Shown in pieces: positions 26,035-39,894 of a stretch of DNA of 64,000 nucleotides (positions within the stretch are counted from its first letter, which is position 1; each line of letters opens with the position of its first letter). The notes under the pieces were generated by a model. The model did no database searches, was not told where the DNA came from, and saw nothing but the letters and a program-made list of their open reading frames with translations. The stretch lies in the NCBI GenBank assembly GCA_951406725.2, contig OX597839.1, positions 22,692,001-22,756,000 of the forward strand, written 5' to 3'. The position numbers and the translations under genes are program-made. Source of the stretch: Octopus vulgaris. Lineage: Eukaryota.

Positions 26035-26492
26035 GGGTGGTGAGCAGGTAGAATCGTTAGCACCCCAGGTGAAATTCTTAGCAGTATTTCACTCATCGCT
26101 ACATTCTGAGTTCAAGTTCAGCCAAGGTTGGCTCTGACTTTCATCCTTTTGTGGGCAATGAAATAAGTACCAGTTACGCACTGGGCTCAATGTAATTGAG
26201 TTTCCCCATACCCCAAATTTCCGGCCTTGTGCCTATAGTAGAAAGGATTATTATTATCATTTATTTCTTTACTACCCACAAGGGACTACACACAGAGGGG
26301 ACAAGCAAGGACAGCCAAGCGAATTAAGTCGATTACATCGACCCCAGTGTGTAACTGGTACTTAGTTTATCGACCCCGAAAGGATGAAAGGCAAAGTCGA
26401 CCTCGGTGGAATTTGAACCCAGAACGGAACGGCAGACGAAATATGGCTACGCATTTTGCCTGGCATGCTAACGCTTCTGCCAGCTTGTCGCC

Positions 26493-26533
<41 letters not shown>

Positions 26534-26756
26534 AGGTAACGAGCTGGCAGAGTCGTTAGCATGCCAGGCGAAATGCCTAGCTGCATTTCGTCTGCCATTC
26601 CGTTCTGGGTTCAAATTCCACCGAGGTTGACTTTGCCTTTCATCCTTTTGGGGTTGACAAAATAAGTACCAGTTGAACACTTGGGGGGGGGGGTCTATGT
26701 AATCGACTTAATCCCCTCCCCCAAAACTGTTGGCCTTATGCCAAAATTTGAAACCC
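26035..26756. mobile_element. Cluster of three family B SINEs: 26035-26248 (+), 26262-26493 (-), 26533-26756 (+)
   Basis: Each has the family B head and core; they are separated by (tta)n and carry three different 3' tails. Confidence 0.9.
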
Positions 26757-27627
26757 TTATTATTATTATTATTATTATAATTATCATTATTATTGTTATT
26801 ATTATTATTATCATTATTATTATCATTATTATTATCATTATTATTATTATCATTATTATTATTATCATTATTTTTATTATTATTATTGTTATTATTATTA
26901 ATTAAGGTGGCAATCTGGTAGAGTCGTTAGCATGCCAGAGAAACTGTTTAGTGGCAATTTGCCCATTTACGTTCTGAGTTAAAATTCCAAAGGTCCTGCA
27001 CAGTGAGATTGAACCCAGAACGATGAGATGGTGATGCCAGCTTCTTAACCACACAGTCACACATGTCTCAGACTGCATTCCATCATTTTAGAAGCATTTT
27101 GTGTTTCTTTATTTTGGTTATTTCATTAAAAACAAAGAAGTCGCAGCCAAAAGAAAAATTCATCATATTTTTTGGTAATGTTGGATTAGCAAGGAACCAT
27201 TCCTTTGATGTTTTCTTTATTAAAGACATTGTCTGCTGCTGCTGCTGCTGCTGTGGCCACATGAAGCCTCGGCATCAGCAGCAGCAGTTCGTTCTGTATC
27301 TCAGACCTCGTTAGAACCCACTTCTAATGGATTCCTTGACTAAGACACTTTGTAAATAGAATGAGTTTACATTAAATAAACAAACACAGGCGCACACACA
27401 CACACACACACATGTAGATTTAGATGTATTTATATATGCCAACAGTTCAGAGAGAGAGAGAGAGAGCGTGTGTGTGTGTGCGTGTGCAGAGACTTTTCCC
27501 AGATGCCTGTTTCTTTAAAAACAAAACAAAATCTGTTGTATTTACAGAATGGCAATGTATAAATAGGCGTGGGTTACAGAATTTGGTCACATAAATAAAA
27601 ATAATAATAATAATAATAATAATAATG

Positions 27628-27658
<31 letters not shown>

Positions 27659-27660
27659 TG

Positions 27661-27710
<50 letters not shown>

Positions 27711-27711
<1 letters not shown>

Positions 27712-28186
27712 TCTTGGTATAAAAGATGGGCTACAGCAAATATTCTGCTCAATACCACAGATTTGCTTGTCAGTTGTTTGACCGTAACCAGTTGAGCATG
27801 TCCCTTTGTGGCTGATTTATATGTGCATCTCTGATCTCGAGCAGGAGTAGTGGGGGAGCATCATAGCTGTGTGTTGAGAGGGATTCTTTGGGGTTTGAAT
27901 AATTCACCTCTGGAAACATGGGTGGTTCTTTCAACATCCATAAACAACCCTTATTCAGGGACCTTTTGAGCGGGATGGGCTACTCAACCTGAAGAAAATT
28001 CTAACTGGGCCCTACCTGCAAGGTCATGTGCTGTTTATCTTGATATGAGATCACCATGTCGCGCACATATGGTTGTGATGCATGTGCCTGGCGTACCCTT
28101 ATCAGACGGGTAGTCATGATGGGTATATTGGGCTTCGTATATTTTACCCCAGTGTCACTTTGATGGCATGAACTGCTCTCTCACTC
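27711..28186 (+). mobile_element. Family D retroelement 3' region in (AAT)n
   Basis: Aligns to 18549-19102, is more 5'-truncated and has the same 3' end. Confidence 0.85.
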
Positions 28187-28211
28187 AATAATAATAACAA
28201 CAACAACAATG

Positions 28212-28268
<57 letters not shown>

Positions 28269-28284
28269 GTTAAAATGATAATAA

Positions 28285-28500
28285 TCCTTTATACTGAATG
28301 CACAAGGCCTGAAATTTTGGGGGAAGGGGACTAGTCAATTACATAGACCCCAGTTTTTCACTGGTATTTAATGTATCGACCCCGAAATGATGAGAGGCAA
28401 AGTTGACCTCAGTAGAATTTGAACTCAGACGATGAAGACAAATGAAATGCCGTGAAGCATTTTGCCCAGCCTGCTAATGATTCTGCCAACTCACCACCTT
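28285..28500 (-). mobile_element. SINE family B (tail type 2)
   Basis: cacaaggcctgaaattttgg...atcgaccccgaaatgatgagaggcaaag...ctgccaactcaccacc. Confidence 0.85.
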
Positions 28501-28525
28501 AATAATAATAATAGTAATAATAATA

Positions 28526-28556
<31 letters not shown>

Positions 28557-28594
28557 TATTAATAATAATATTAATAATAATAATAATCATAAAT

Positions 28595-29235
28595 GCCCTG
28601 ATGCAGTACCAGGCAGTGGCTCTCATGGCTCCTGATCTTAACTGATTGGGAGTGTTACCATGTACATTGTCTTGGTATAAAAGATGGGCTACAACAAATA
28701 TTCTGCTCAATACCACAGATTTGCTTGTCAGTTGTTTGACCATAACCAGTTGAGCATGTCCCTTAGTGGCTGAGGATGTGTGCATCTCTGATCACATGCA
28801 GAAGTAGTGGGGCAGCATTATAATCATGTGTTGAGAGGAATTCTTTAGGGTTTGGATAATTCACCTCTGGAAACATGGGTGTTTCATTCAACATCCATAA
28901 ACAACCCTTATTCAGGGACCTTTAGAGTGGGATGGGATACTCGACCTGAAAGAAATTCTAACTGGGCCCCACCTGCAAGGTCATGCACTGTTTATCCTGA
29001 TATGAGATCACCATGTTGTGCACATAAGGTTGTGATGCAGTCGTCACGTGCTTTTTAGCCTACATTTTCAGTTTGTCTCCCTGTGAGAGTTTAAAAAAAT
29101 TACATTTGTAAGGGTGCCAAAGTTCAGCTTGCCCAGGGTGCCATCAACCCTAGGGCTGGCCCTGATCATGAGGGGTATATTGGACTTTGTATACTTCTAC
29201 CCAAGTGTCACTTTGATGGCATGTGCTGCTATCTC
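28595..29235 (+). mobile_element. Family D retroelement 3' region, with an unrelated ~125-bp segment at ~29040-29164
   Basis: Aligns to 18549-19102 except at 29040-29164, which ends in the hAT-like terminus ctagggctggccctg. Confidence 0.82.
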
Positions 29236-29260
29236 AATAATAATGATAATATTAATAATG

Positions 29261-29352
<92 letters not shown>

Positions 29353-29353
<1 letters not shown>

Positions 29354-29497
29354 GTTTCAAATTTTTTCACAAGGGCAGCAATTTCGGAGGGAGGGGATGA
29401 GTTGATTACATTGACCCCAGTGTTCAACTGGTACTTAATTTATTGACCCCGGAAGGATGAAAGGCAAAGTCGACCTCGGCAAAATTTGAACTCAGAA
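29353..29497 (-). mobile_element. SINE family B, partial (tail type 3, ...aaaatttgaaacca(tta)n)
   Basis: Core ggatgaaaggcaaagtcgacctcggc is present. Confidence 0.82.
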
Positions 29498-29777
29498 TTG
29501 AAAGAAATTCTCAACATCCAAGTTAATGAAGAACTTACTAGATCTGTGAACTAAAATTTATATTATTAAAAAATTAAAAAAATAATAAATGAAACTGATT
29601 AGAACTACCAGTGAAGCCATTCTTTTTCTTTTCTCAAATATACCCAACTGTCTCAAGGATCTTGCACATTTTCCAATATATATATACATACATATATATA
29701 ATATATACACATATATATATATATCTGTACATACACACACAAACACAAACATACTAACTTTCCTTTTAGTTCCTTAG

Positions 29778-30096
29778 GGCGCAGGAGTGGCTGTGAGGTA
29801 AGTAGCTTGCTTACTAACCACATGGTTCCGAGTTCAGTTCCAATGCGTGGCATCTTGGGCAAGTGTCTTCTACTATAGCCTCGGTCCGACCAAAGGCTTG
29901 TGAGTGGATTTGGTAGACGGAAACTGAAAGAAGCCCATCGTATATATGTATATATATATATGTATGTATGTGTGTGTTACGTTTGTGCGTCTGTGTTTGT
30001 CCCTGCAACATCGCTTGACAACCGATGTTGGAGTGTTTACGTCCCTGTAACTTAGCGGTTTGGCAAAAGGGACCAATAGAATAAGTACTAGGCTTA
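29778..30096 (+). mobile_element. SINE family A, 3'-truncated
   Basis: ggcgcaggagtggctgtg...ataagtactaggctta. Confidence 0.9.
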
Positions 30097-30248
30097 TATG
30101 TATATGCATACACACATGCAGAATTAAATGGATGCAACATATTTATGTTTCGTTCTCTGCACATACAAACTGCTGATAAGCAAAATTAAAAGACCTAGCC
30201 TGCACATGCCCATGTGCACGGTGCAAGTGCATACAGATGTGCATAGTT

Positions 30249-30249
<1 letters not shown>

Positions 30250-30310
<61 letters not shown>

Positions 30311-30321
30311 ACACACACACA

Positions 30322-30404
<83 letters not shown>

Positions 30405-30475
30405 ACAGACACACAGACACACACACACACACACACAGACACACAGACACACAGACACACACACACAGACACACA

Positions 30476-30515
<40 letters not shown>
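30250..30515. repeat. (CA)n/(CACAGA)n microsatellite
   Basis: Direct reading. Confidence 0.95.
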
Positions 30516-30518
<3 letters not shown>

Positions 30519-30971
30519 GCAGACATATTAAATGAAGACTTAACAAAAGGCTGATATATTTTGTGTGTGTGTTATGTGGCATCGGATCAGTTCTGATCAA
30601 ACAGATTTGTACGAGCAGTGGCGTTCCAGCCATGACCATCCTGTCTAACACATCTAAGACTGCATCAGGGTCCAATACGTCAAAGCGTATGATATGAGAA
30701 TTTTGGCTGTTATTTCTAACAGGATGTGAGACCATGTAACAGGTTCCCATATTGTTGTTACTGGAGTCATTTAACCTCCCCACCCAGGTCAACCTTGATA
30801 GAACAAACCTATGATTAAAAGACATTCCAGCTGTGACCTTACACATAAGAAACCCAGGAGCATATCATCCAGTATGTACTGTTATTTCTAGCAATTTCAC
30901 TAACCACAGATAGAATCTCTCTTGTCTGTGTGGCTGTTGTTGTCATGACAGAGAGAGAGAGAGAGAGATAG

Positions 30972-31037
<66 letters not shown>

Positions 31038-31113
31038 TAAATATATACACATATAAATGTATATGAGAATATGAGAGATAGAGATAGAGAGAGAGAACTA
31101 TGTGCACATATAA

Positions 31114-31182
<69 letters not shown>

Positions 31183-31255
31183 GGAGAGTGTGAAAGAGAG
31201 AGAGAGAGATAAATACACACACACACACACATATATAAGAGTGAATGTGTGTGTG

Positions 31256-31297
<42 letters not shown>

Positions 31298-31789
31298 CAT
31301 GTACGAACAGAGTATGGCTGTTACTTCAGTCGTTGCCAAACTCCCACAAGAAGCTTGAGACCTGTTTTGATAGGAACCCCATCAACTGAGCGAGTGTTTA
31401 TCTGATGAAATACAATCCAAGAATATTTCAAGCAGTTGTTGTCAGCGGCAGCAAAAATGTGCAGAAAAATTTGCATTGCATAACAAAAGGAGTTCAGTGG
31501 AGAGTTGGGGAGGGCATGGTCGGAGGGGATGGTAGGGCATATAACATGAGAAGTGTTACGGTCTTGTCATTGGGTTTCCTATTTCTGTTTTGATGTCATG
31601 TACTACTAACGGCTTCGTTGCCATGTTAAGGACCTCGTATATACGTAACAAATGGCACACACACACACACACAAACGCATATACAGATCAACGTGTATGC
31701 ACACACGAATGCACATACATAAACAAACACACATACAAACACATTAAGATACACACACACAAACATTATTATTGTATTATTTTGCAATT

Positions 31790-32150
31790 TTGCTTCAGTT
31801 ATTTGACTGTGGCCATGCTGGAGTACCACAAGCAAACTGACCCCGGAATTATATTTTTTAAGCCTGGAATTTATTCTGTTGGTCTTTTTTGCCCAATCGC
31901 TAAGTTACAGGGACGTAAACACACCAACACTGGTTGTCAAGCGGTGATGGGCAGGGACAAACACAGACACAAAGACACACACACACACATATATATGATG
32001 GGCTTCTTTTCAGTTTCCATCTATCACATCCACTCACAAGGCTATGGTCAACCCGAGGGTATAGTAGAAGACACTTGCCCAGGGTGCTACGCAGTAGGAC
32101 TGAACCTGGAACCATGTGGTTGGGAAGCGAGCTTTTTGCCACACAGCCAC
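31790..32150 (-). mobile_element. SINE family A, diverged
   Basis: ttcagttatttgactgtggccatgctgg...gaagacacttgccc...ccacacagcca. Confidence 0.87.
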
Positions 32151-32609
32151 ATTAGTGGACATGGCACATCCGGCTGTGGTCACTCAGTCCGATGCGTACA
32201 CAGAAGGCCCAAATGAAGGTCAAGCACTGGTGATCAGCTGGGACTGATGGCAAGCAATTGGCTCTGGACTTGTGCAGTTTGCATTTTCCTTGTGCTGCTC
32301 CAATCCTGTTGTGTTTGCAGGATGCTGCACCTTTGCTGGTGCAGCTTCACCAGGCAGGGTAGTGTCTTGTACCTGTATTTCCCAGGTGCATAAACACATC
32401 AACACATATACACCAATGCATTTATACACAATCACATGTCCTTACATAAACATGAACACACACACACACACACACCAATGCACACACATGCATGCATGCA
32501 TGCACATACATACATACGCTAATACTTGTATCCAAGCACATGCACCTACATAAACACACATACGCACTAACACATGCATACAAACACACACAAGCTCACA
32601 TCAATGGAC

Positions 32610-33215
32610 ATGCATATACAAACACACACACACACACATACAAAAGCATACACAAACACACACACACAAACACACGCATACACAAATACACACACACACA
32701 CAAAAGCATACACAAACACACACACACACAAACACACGCATACACAAATACACACACACATACGAAAGCATACACAAACACACACACACACACAAATACA
32801 CGCATACACAAATACACACACACAAACACACGCATACAAATACACACACACAAACACACGCATACACAAACACACACACACACATACAAAAGCATACACA
32901 AACACACACACACACACACACACGCATACACAAACACACACACACATACAAAAGCATACACAAACACACACACACACACAAACACACGCATACACAAACA
33001 CACACACAAACACACGCATACACACACACACACACACAAACACACGCATACACAAATACACACACACACAAACACACGCATACACAAACACACACACACA
33101 CACAAGCATACACAAACACACACACACACACACACACAAACACACGCATACACAAATACACACACACACATACAAAAGCATACACAAACACACGCATACA
33201 CAAATACACACACAC
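32610..33215. repeat. CA-derived complex minisatellite (aaaagcatacacaaac / acacgcatacacaaat motifs)
   Basis: Two alternating motifs are embedded in (CA)n, with a period of about 60 bp. Confidence 0.9.
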
Positions 33216-35152
33216 GTGCAGAGAAGGAGTTAAATTGAATAAATAAAAGCTGGAAACCAATTCAACGAAGGGGTCAAAGCTTGGTTTGGACGTTGGTCAG
33301 TTTGACCCCTGTTAACAACAAACAGCTGTGATCTTTGTTCTTTGACAAACGTTCAACATCAGAACAGCATTATCTCATTCATACATCAACCTTATCGATC
33401 TACAATTAGTTCTCTGTCTACACAACGACCACAGTCTAAAGTCTACAGTAAATATATTCAACTGATTGTTAATTATTTCGATGTCGTTAAATTCATTAGC
33501 ATTAATCATCAAAGGAAACAGATGTCTGTGGGGTCAGACCAGCAGAGTCTCAACAGCAACAGCCATGGATTGGACTGTCTTGGAATTGACTCTTTCAGGG
33601 CAATCACGCTTCTAATGAAATGCAAAATCCATGTATTTTAATTAATATTTTAAATAATCAATAATTGGGAGACATTTAATTAAAATACATTAATTCTTCC
33701 ACGACTTCTTACATAAAGTTATAAAGAGATGTTTTTGCTTGCCAACCACATGGTTCTGGGTTCAGTTCCACTGCATGGAACCTTGGTCAAGTGTTTTCCA
33801 CAGTAGCCTCAGATCAACCAAGCCTTGTGAATGGATTTGGTAGATGGAAACTGAAAGAAGCCCATCGTATATATGTATGTGTATGTATATATATATATAT
33901 ATATCTGCTAGAATGACTTCATAAGCACACATATAACATCCAAATGTATATTTTTTATGCTCATTTCACATTCATTTAAATTTAATATTTACTGAATATT
34001 TTAATTGAAACAGCTGTAAGTAAAGATAACTAATTTGCTGTTAATAATAAACAATTATTAACTTCCCAATCTCCATTTTCTTCTTTTAAATGTATATATA
34101 TAAACTATATGTTTTTATATATACACCTATTATTTTAAGGAAATTATTTCCCCCCAAAAGTACTAGGTATTGAACCAGTATTTCCTTGGATGAAACCATC
34201 CCTCCATGAGGTTTACACAACCTCTAATCAAATATATATATATATATATATATATACACAAACACACACACACACATATATATATATTGTTACTGTACTA
34301 TATTGTTGTATTATGATATATGTTATATCGTTAAAGTGTTGTAGTCATCATCATCATCATCTTCTTCTTCTTCTTCTCCTTCTCCTCCTCCTTCTTCTTC
34401 TTCATCATCATTTAGCATCCATTTTTCCACGCTGGCTTGGGTTGGACGGTGTGACCAGAACTGATAAGCTGAAGAGCTGCACCAGGTTCCAATGTGATTT
34501 CACTTGGTTTCCACGGCTGGATGCCTTTCCTGATGCCAACCACTTTACAAAGTGTAGTAGGTGCCTTTTGCATGCCACCAACATGGGTGCCCTTTGTGTG
34601 TCACCGATGTTATATTATTGCATGCATACACACATATACACACACATATACACAGACACACACACAAGCATAAATCATTCTGATGTGGTTACTCAACCAG
34701 CAAGAAATTACAGACAAATTTTCGAATTTCGCTCAAACAGCAAAATAAGAAGATAGCAAAAATAGCCGAAAGGTTGAAAGAATTCTCATCCGAAAGCAAT
34801 AAACCATGAATGTCTGTCTGTTTGTCTCTCCGCCTGTCTATCTGTCCGTCCATCTGTTTCTTGTTCCAAGAACCTAAAGCCAGCAGCTCCACAACCGCAT
34901 TCTATAAGTAAAGCTATCATCAGCTGTCGTTCTATCTTGCGCCAAAAAAACAGCATCAATTAACGTGACTTTTAAGAACACCTGACATTCCCTTTAAAGT
35001 AGATTAGCAAAATTCCACGGCTATCACGCAAATCTTATCACCGTATTTATTCCTTCTCAGCTCCTTAGCATATGTCACAATATATGTGTGTGTGTGTGTG
35101 TGTGTGTGTACGTATAATTATGGGTGTCTGTATACGTATATATATGTGTGTG

Positions 35153-35194
<42 letters not shown>

Positions 35195-35557
35195 TATCAA
35201 TATAGGTTTTGATGTATCTTTCAATCTATGAAAACGTTTATATGTTTATTCATTCTTACCAAAAGAGTGTGTGACCAGTTTTCACAGATGCCAGTCTGTA
35301 CAGAAACACCCAGGAACACATTGGTATTATAATATGGATCCAGAGCTGAACTATAACTATTCCACAGATTGCAATTGTTTTTAAGATTTTCGTCTTCATG
35401 TGGCTTGATTCAATCCAGATATTGTGATTCCAATATCTCACACATGTTGCAGCTGTTGTTCTGGTAACATTAATTAAAATTGCCGTAAATCTTTGCTTTG
35501 AATAAACAGCCAGGGACAGAGACAGTCCAACAGAAAAAAAAAAAAAAAAATCTAGAA

Positions 35558-35728
35558 GGCGCAGGAGTGGCTGTGTGGTAAGTAGCTTGCTAACCAACCA
35601 CATGGTTCCGGGTTCAGTCCCACTGCGTGGCATCTTGGGCAAATGTCTGCTGCTATAGCCCCGGGCCGACCAATGCCTTGTGAGTGGATTTGGTAGACGG
35701 AAACTGAAAGAAGCCTGTCGTATATATG

Positions 35729-35761
<33 letters not shown>

Positions 35762-35978
35762 TTGTGTGTCTGTGTTTGTCCCCCTAGCATTGCTTGACAA
35801 CCGATGCTGGTGTGTTTACGTCCCCGTCACTTAGCGGTTCGGCAAAAAGAGACCGATAGAATAAGTACTGGGCTTACAAAGAATAAGTCCCGGGGTCGAT
35901 TTGGTCGACTAAAGGCGGTGCTCCAGCATGGGCGCAGTCAAATGACTGAAACAAGTAAAAGAGTAAAAGAGAGAGTAA
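35558..35978 (+). mobile_element. SINE family A, full-length young copy
   Basis: Full match; CpGs are intact. Confidence 0.95.
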
Positions 35979-36239
35979 AAATTTATATTCTGCATTGCAG
36001 AAAGATTTGGGAGGAAGCTATCACTCTGCCCCAACAGAATACCTTTCACACACACACACACACACACATATATTATGGTATCATGAAAATTGACCAGACT
36101 ATCATGGTATTGGCCAGACTTTTGGATATTGTTATATATCACTGGTCACAATGCACTTCCTATTGTTTTACCTTTCATATGATGCCACCCTGATGGCTGG
36201 GTGACTAGGTCAACATTCTCCCAGATCAAGGGATTAATG

Positions 36240-36413
36240 TGGTGGTTTCCAACCCGAGGTCTGTGGACCCCTGGTGGTCTGCAAAGGTAGTACTGGGGAT
36301 CTGTGAACTAAATTCAAAATTTCACACACACACACACACACACATATATAAGGATAAGTGTATTAAAAGGGGTCCATGGGGGTTCTTTATAGTGGAAAGG
36401 TCGGGAACCACTG
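36240..36413. mobile_element. hAT (Charlie/MER5-like) MITE, degenerate
   Basis: Termini ggtggtttccaacc ... ggtcgggaaccactg, with internal tggacccc/ggggtcca motifs. Confidence 0.7.
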
Positions 36414-36808
36414 GACTAGTCCATTGCAGGGGTGACCCCTTTACAACTGAGTGGACTGAAGCAAGATGAAATGAAGTGTCTTGCTCAAGAACACAACTTG
36501 CTGCCCAGTCCAGGAGCAGCGAATTGTGTGCTCAAGGCCAAGATCTAGCAACTGTGAGTGCAAAACCCCAACCACCAGGACCATGCGCACACATCTTCCA
36601 CCACCATCGCCACCATTTTAATGTCCCCTTTTCCATGCTTGTAAAGATTAGATGGTGTTTTTATTGAGACAGATTTTTGATGGTTGGATGCCTCTCCTGT
36701 CACTAACTCTCACCTGTTTCCAAGCAAGTTGATATCACCAAGGCTTGACGTGCTTCCATAGGAAACTGGATACAAAGACCATTGCTTGCATGACAATGCT
36801 TTTTTGAA

Positions 36809-36859
<51 letters not shown>

Positions 36860-38319
36860 TACATATACAGAGAGAGAGATACACACACACATACACACGT
36901 ACACATACAGACGTACACCAACACACACACACAGACAGACACACACACAAAGGCATACAGATACACACACACGTGCTTATGATTCTCTATGAAATCTGAT
37001 AATGACCTTGTTTTCATTTGTGAATCCTTTGATGACCACCACCACCACCACGACACACACACAAAGCTCTCAATGGAGGAAGACAACCTCCACCCTTAGA
37101 AAAGGACTGCTTCTATGCACACAGACTTCCTGCATCATAAATTCCCAAAAATGACCACCCCATTGACTGGCATAGAATTGTCTTCCAATGTCTGCCTCAC
37201 ATTACTTGACAGATAGTTTTTTCTTATTGACCCAGGAGGGGTGAAATGCAATGCACACTTTGGCAGGACTTGATCTCACTGGAGGAGCAATAGCAGCAGC
37301 TGCAGCAGCAACAGTAGTAGCAGTGGTGGTGGTGGTGGCAGCAGAGGTGGTTGTAGCAGTGGTGGTGGTGATGGCAGTGGTTATGGAGGTGGTGGTGGTT
37401 GTGATGGTGGTGGTGATAGTGTTGATGGTGGTAGTGATGGAGGTTGTGGTGGTTGTAGTGGTGGTGGTGGCAGTAGTAGTGGTGGTCGTAATTGTAGTAG
37501 TAGTAGTAGTAGCTATTACCTGTGAACTTCTCATAATTAAAATAAGTATTTAAAAAAAAAAAGCCCACAAAAACATTAAAAACGAAAGCAAAAAAATGAA
37601 AGCAAAGCAAAATGTGTTCCTTGGATCAAAGTGTTGTTGTTGTTGTTGGAGTTTTGTTGAAAATATTTTCAGATTGGAAAATGTCAAAAAAAATCAATAA
37701 AAAGCATTTTCCAGAGTTGTAGAATCTTGCAGGACGAAGAAGAATATATAAATTCCTTTGAGGAGCTAATCAATAAACTCTTCAATGAATGTCATTTAAA
37801 GCCATTATCACATCTTGATGTGAGACTGGGAGAGGAGGAATGGGGGAACAACTTGATGTTAGTCTCTCTCTCACTCACACACACACACACATGCTGTATC
37901 TTTACAGGTGAATGGTTGCGAGTCAGTGAGGGAGCCATCTTGCGATCTGATCGCTTGACCGAATCTCTCCTTCTTTCATGCTATAACCCTACTTACACAT
38001 TTGGTTATGGAGGTCAAGATACAATTTAACAGAGGAAATAGCAATATATATAGATATATACATATCCCTTTCTCTCTTTCGGAGAGGCACAAGCACCTAC
38101 ACGCACATGTACACACACGGCAGTAACTTCCGCCTGCCGAATTCAATCACAAAGCTCCGGTCGGCTCGGGGCTATAGCGGAAGACACCTACCCAAAGTGC
38201 CACGCAGTGGGACTGAACCCGAAACTATGTAACTAGGAAGCAAGCTCCCTAACCACACAGCCATGCCCGCGCCTACAAAAATGTATGCACATATACGCAG
38301 TGCTAATATATATATATCA

Positions 38320-38510
38320 TTCACCATGCTGGATCACTGAAATCTACCTGCTTTTTTTTAATTCTCTCCGTTTATTTTCTCTTATTCCTTCCTGTTGAAG
38401 AGCATAGGCTCGAAACATAAAAGACTTTCATTTTCCCAAGAATCAAACTAATACACCTGTTTGTTGTTCATACACCTGTCTTCATCTTTCGTTTTTCTAT
38501 AAATTTCAAT
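38320..38510 (+). mobile_element. Family E repeat (Penelope-like terminus)
   Basis: cctgttgaagagcataggctcgaaacataaaagac; homologous to 14305-14568. Confidence 0.65.
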
Positions 38511-39046
38511 TATATATATATGTATATATATATAAAGATGTGTGTGTGTGTGTATGAAAAGGGGGAAAAAAGATGAGATAGTAGTAAGTGGGACATCTTT
38601 GATTAAAAGTCTACTTGACCAGGGTGGACTTGGAGCTTGGGTGGAATGTTCTAATGTTTGTCTGTTTACATCTGTGGTTATGGGGAGAATAATATTTAAG
38701 AAATTTCTGATATTTAGGTGAGTGGTGCTGGTTATTTTTAGGCCTGAAATGTTTGAAGGCATTAATAAGGATTTTGTCTGAGAGCATGTCATATGTATAG
38801 CCATTGGTTTGAAAGAGTAAAGCCAGCACATCACCGCTTTTTAATCCTATATTATTGGTGTAAATTTCTTACCGAGTGAATCTCACACACACACACTACA
38901 GTTTTGTGCCAGGGTATCTGAGACATTCAAATGGTAAATGTTTGGCTCCCTCCCTACTCAAGTGAAGTAGTTACACTTGATTTGTTTTTACGTCTGTTGT
39001 TTTTCATACCGGTATGGGTTAGCCTAACAAGTATGCCAGATAGCTT

Positions 39047-39332
39047 GGAGAGAGAGGGGGGAGAGAGGAAGAGGGAGAGAGAGAGGGAGGGAGGGAGAGG
39101 GGAGAGAGAAAGAGAAAAAGGGAGGGAGAGAAAGAGAGAGAGGGAGGGAGAGAGGGAGAGGGAGAGAGAAAGAGAGAGGGGGAGAGAGAGGTAGGGAGAG
39201 AAAGAGAAAGAGGGGGAGAGGGAGGGAGAGAAAGAGAGAGAGGGAGAGAGAGGGAGAGAGGAAGAGAGAGGGAGGGAGAGGGAGAGAGAGAGGGAGAGAA
39301 AGAGAGAGGGGGAGGGAGAGTGAGAGAGAGGG

Positions 39333-39364
<32 letters not shown>

Positions 39365-39429
39365 GGGAGAGAGAGAGAGGGAGAGAGAGAGAAGGAGAGA
39401 GAGAGAGAGAGAGAGAAAGAGGGAGAAAG
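39047..39429. repeat. Polypurine (GA/GGGA)n tract of ~380 bp
   Basis: Almost purely A/G on the + strand. Confidence 0.95.
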
Positions 39430-39894
39430 CAAATAGTTTGGCTGCTTTAGAACAATAATTCTTTACGATTGCCTATCAGTACCTCTGCTCTCGTTACCAA
39501 CGTTCTCAGACTCCTCCAATCACAGGCATTTTGCAGGTTGCAGCCAGTCTTTGGTAATGTGAGCCTGGAAGGACAACAGGACTGCTTGCTGCTATTTCAA
39601 AAGTTCACATATACATATCTGCTGATTCTGGGATTAGAACATCACCCCTGCCTGCCTGCCTGCCAGCCTCCCTCTCTTCCCCCTCCACCCCCCCATCAGT
39701 GGCTGTTGTTAAGTTCAGTGTATGTGTGTGTGTGTGTGTGTGTGTGTATCCACTGTTTCAAACCCTGTAACACACAGCTTGCAGCATTCCAATACATATA
39801 TATATAAAAAAAACTCGTGTGTGTGTGTATATACACGTGTGTTTGTATGTATATATGTGTGTGTGTTCAACATACATCTACAGATGCTATACTT

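Noticed and set aside
37727-38029. Protein-like ORF (DEEEYINSFEELINKLFNEC...) with possible splice sites
   Set aside because: The polypyrimidine tract is weak, no family was recognised and the ORF runs through a CA repeat; support is insufficient.
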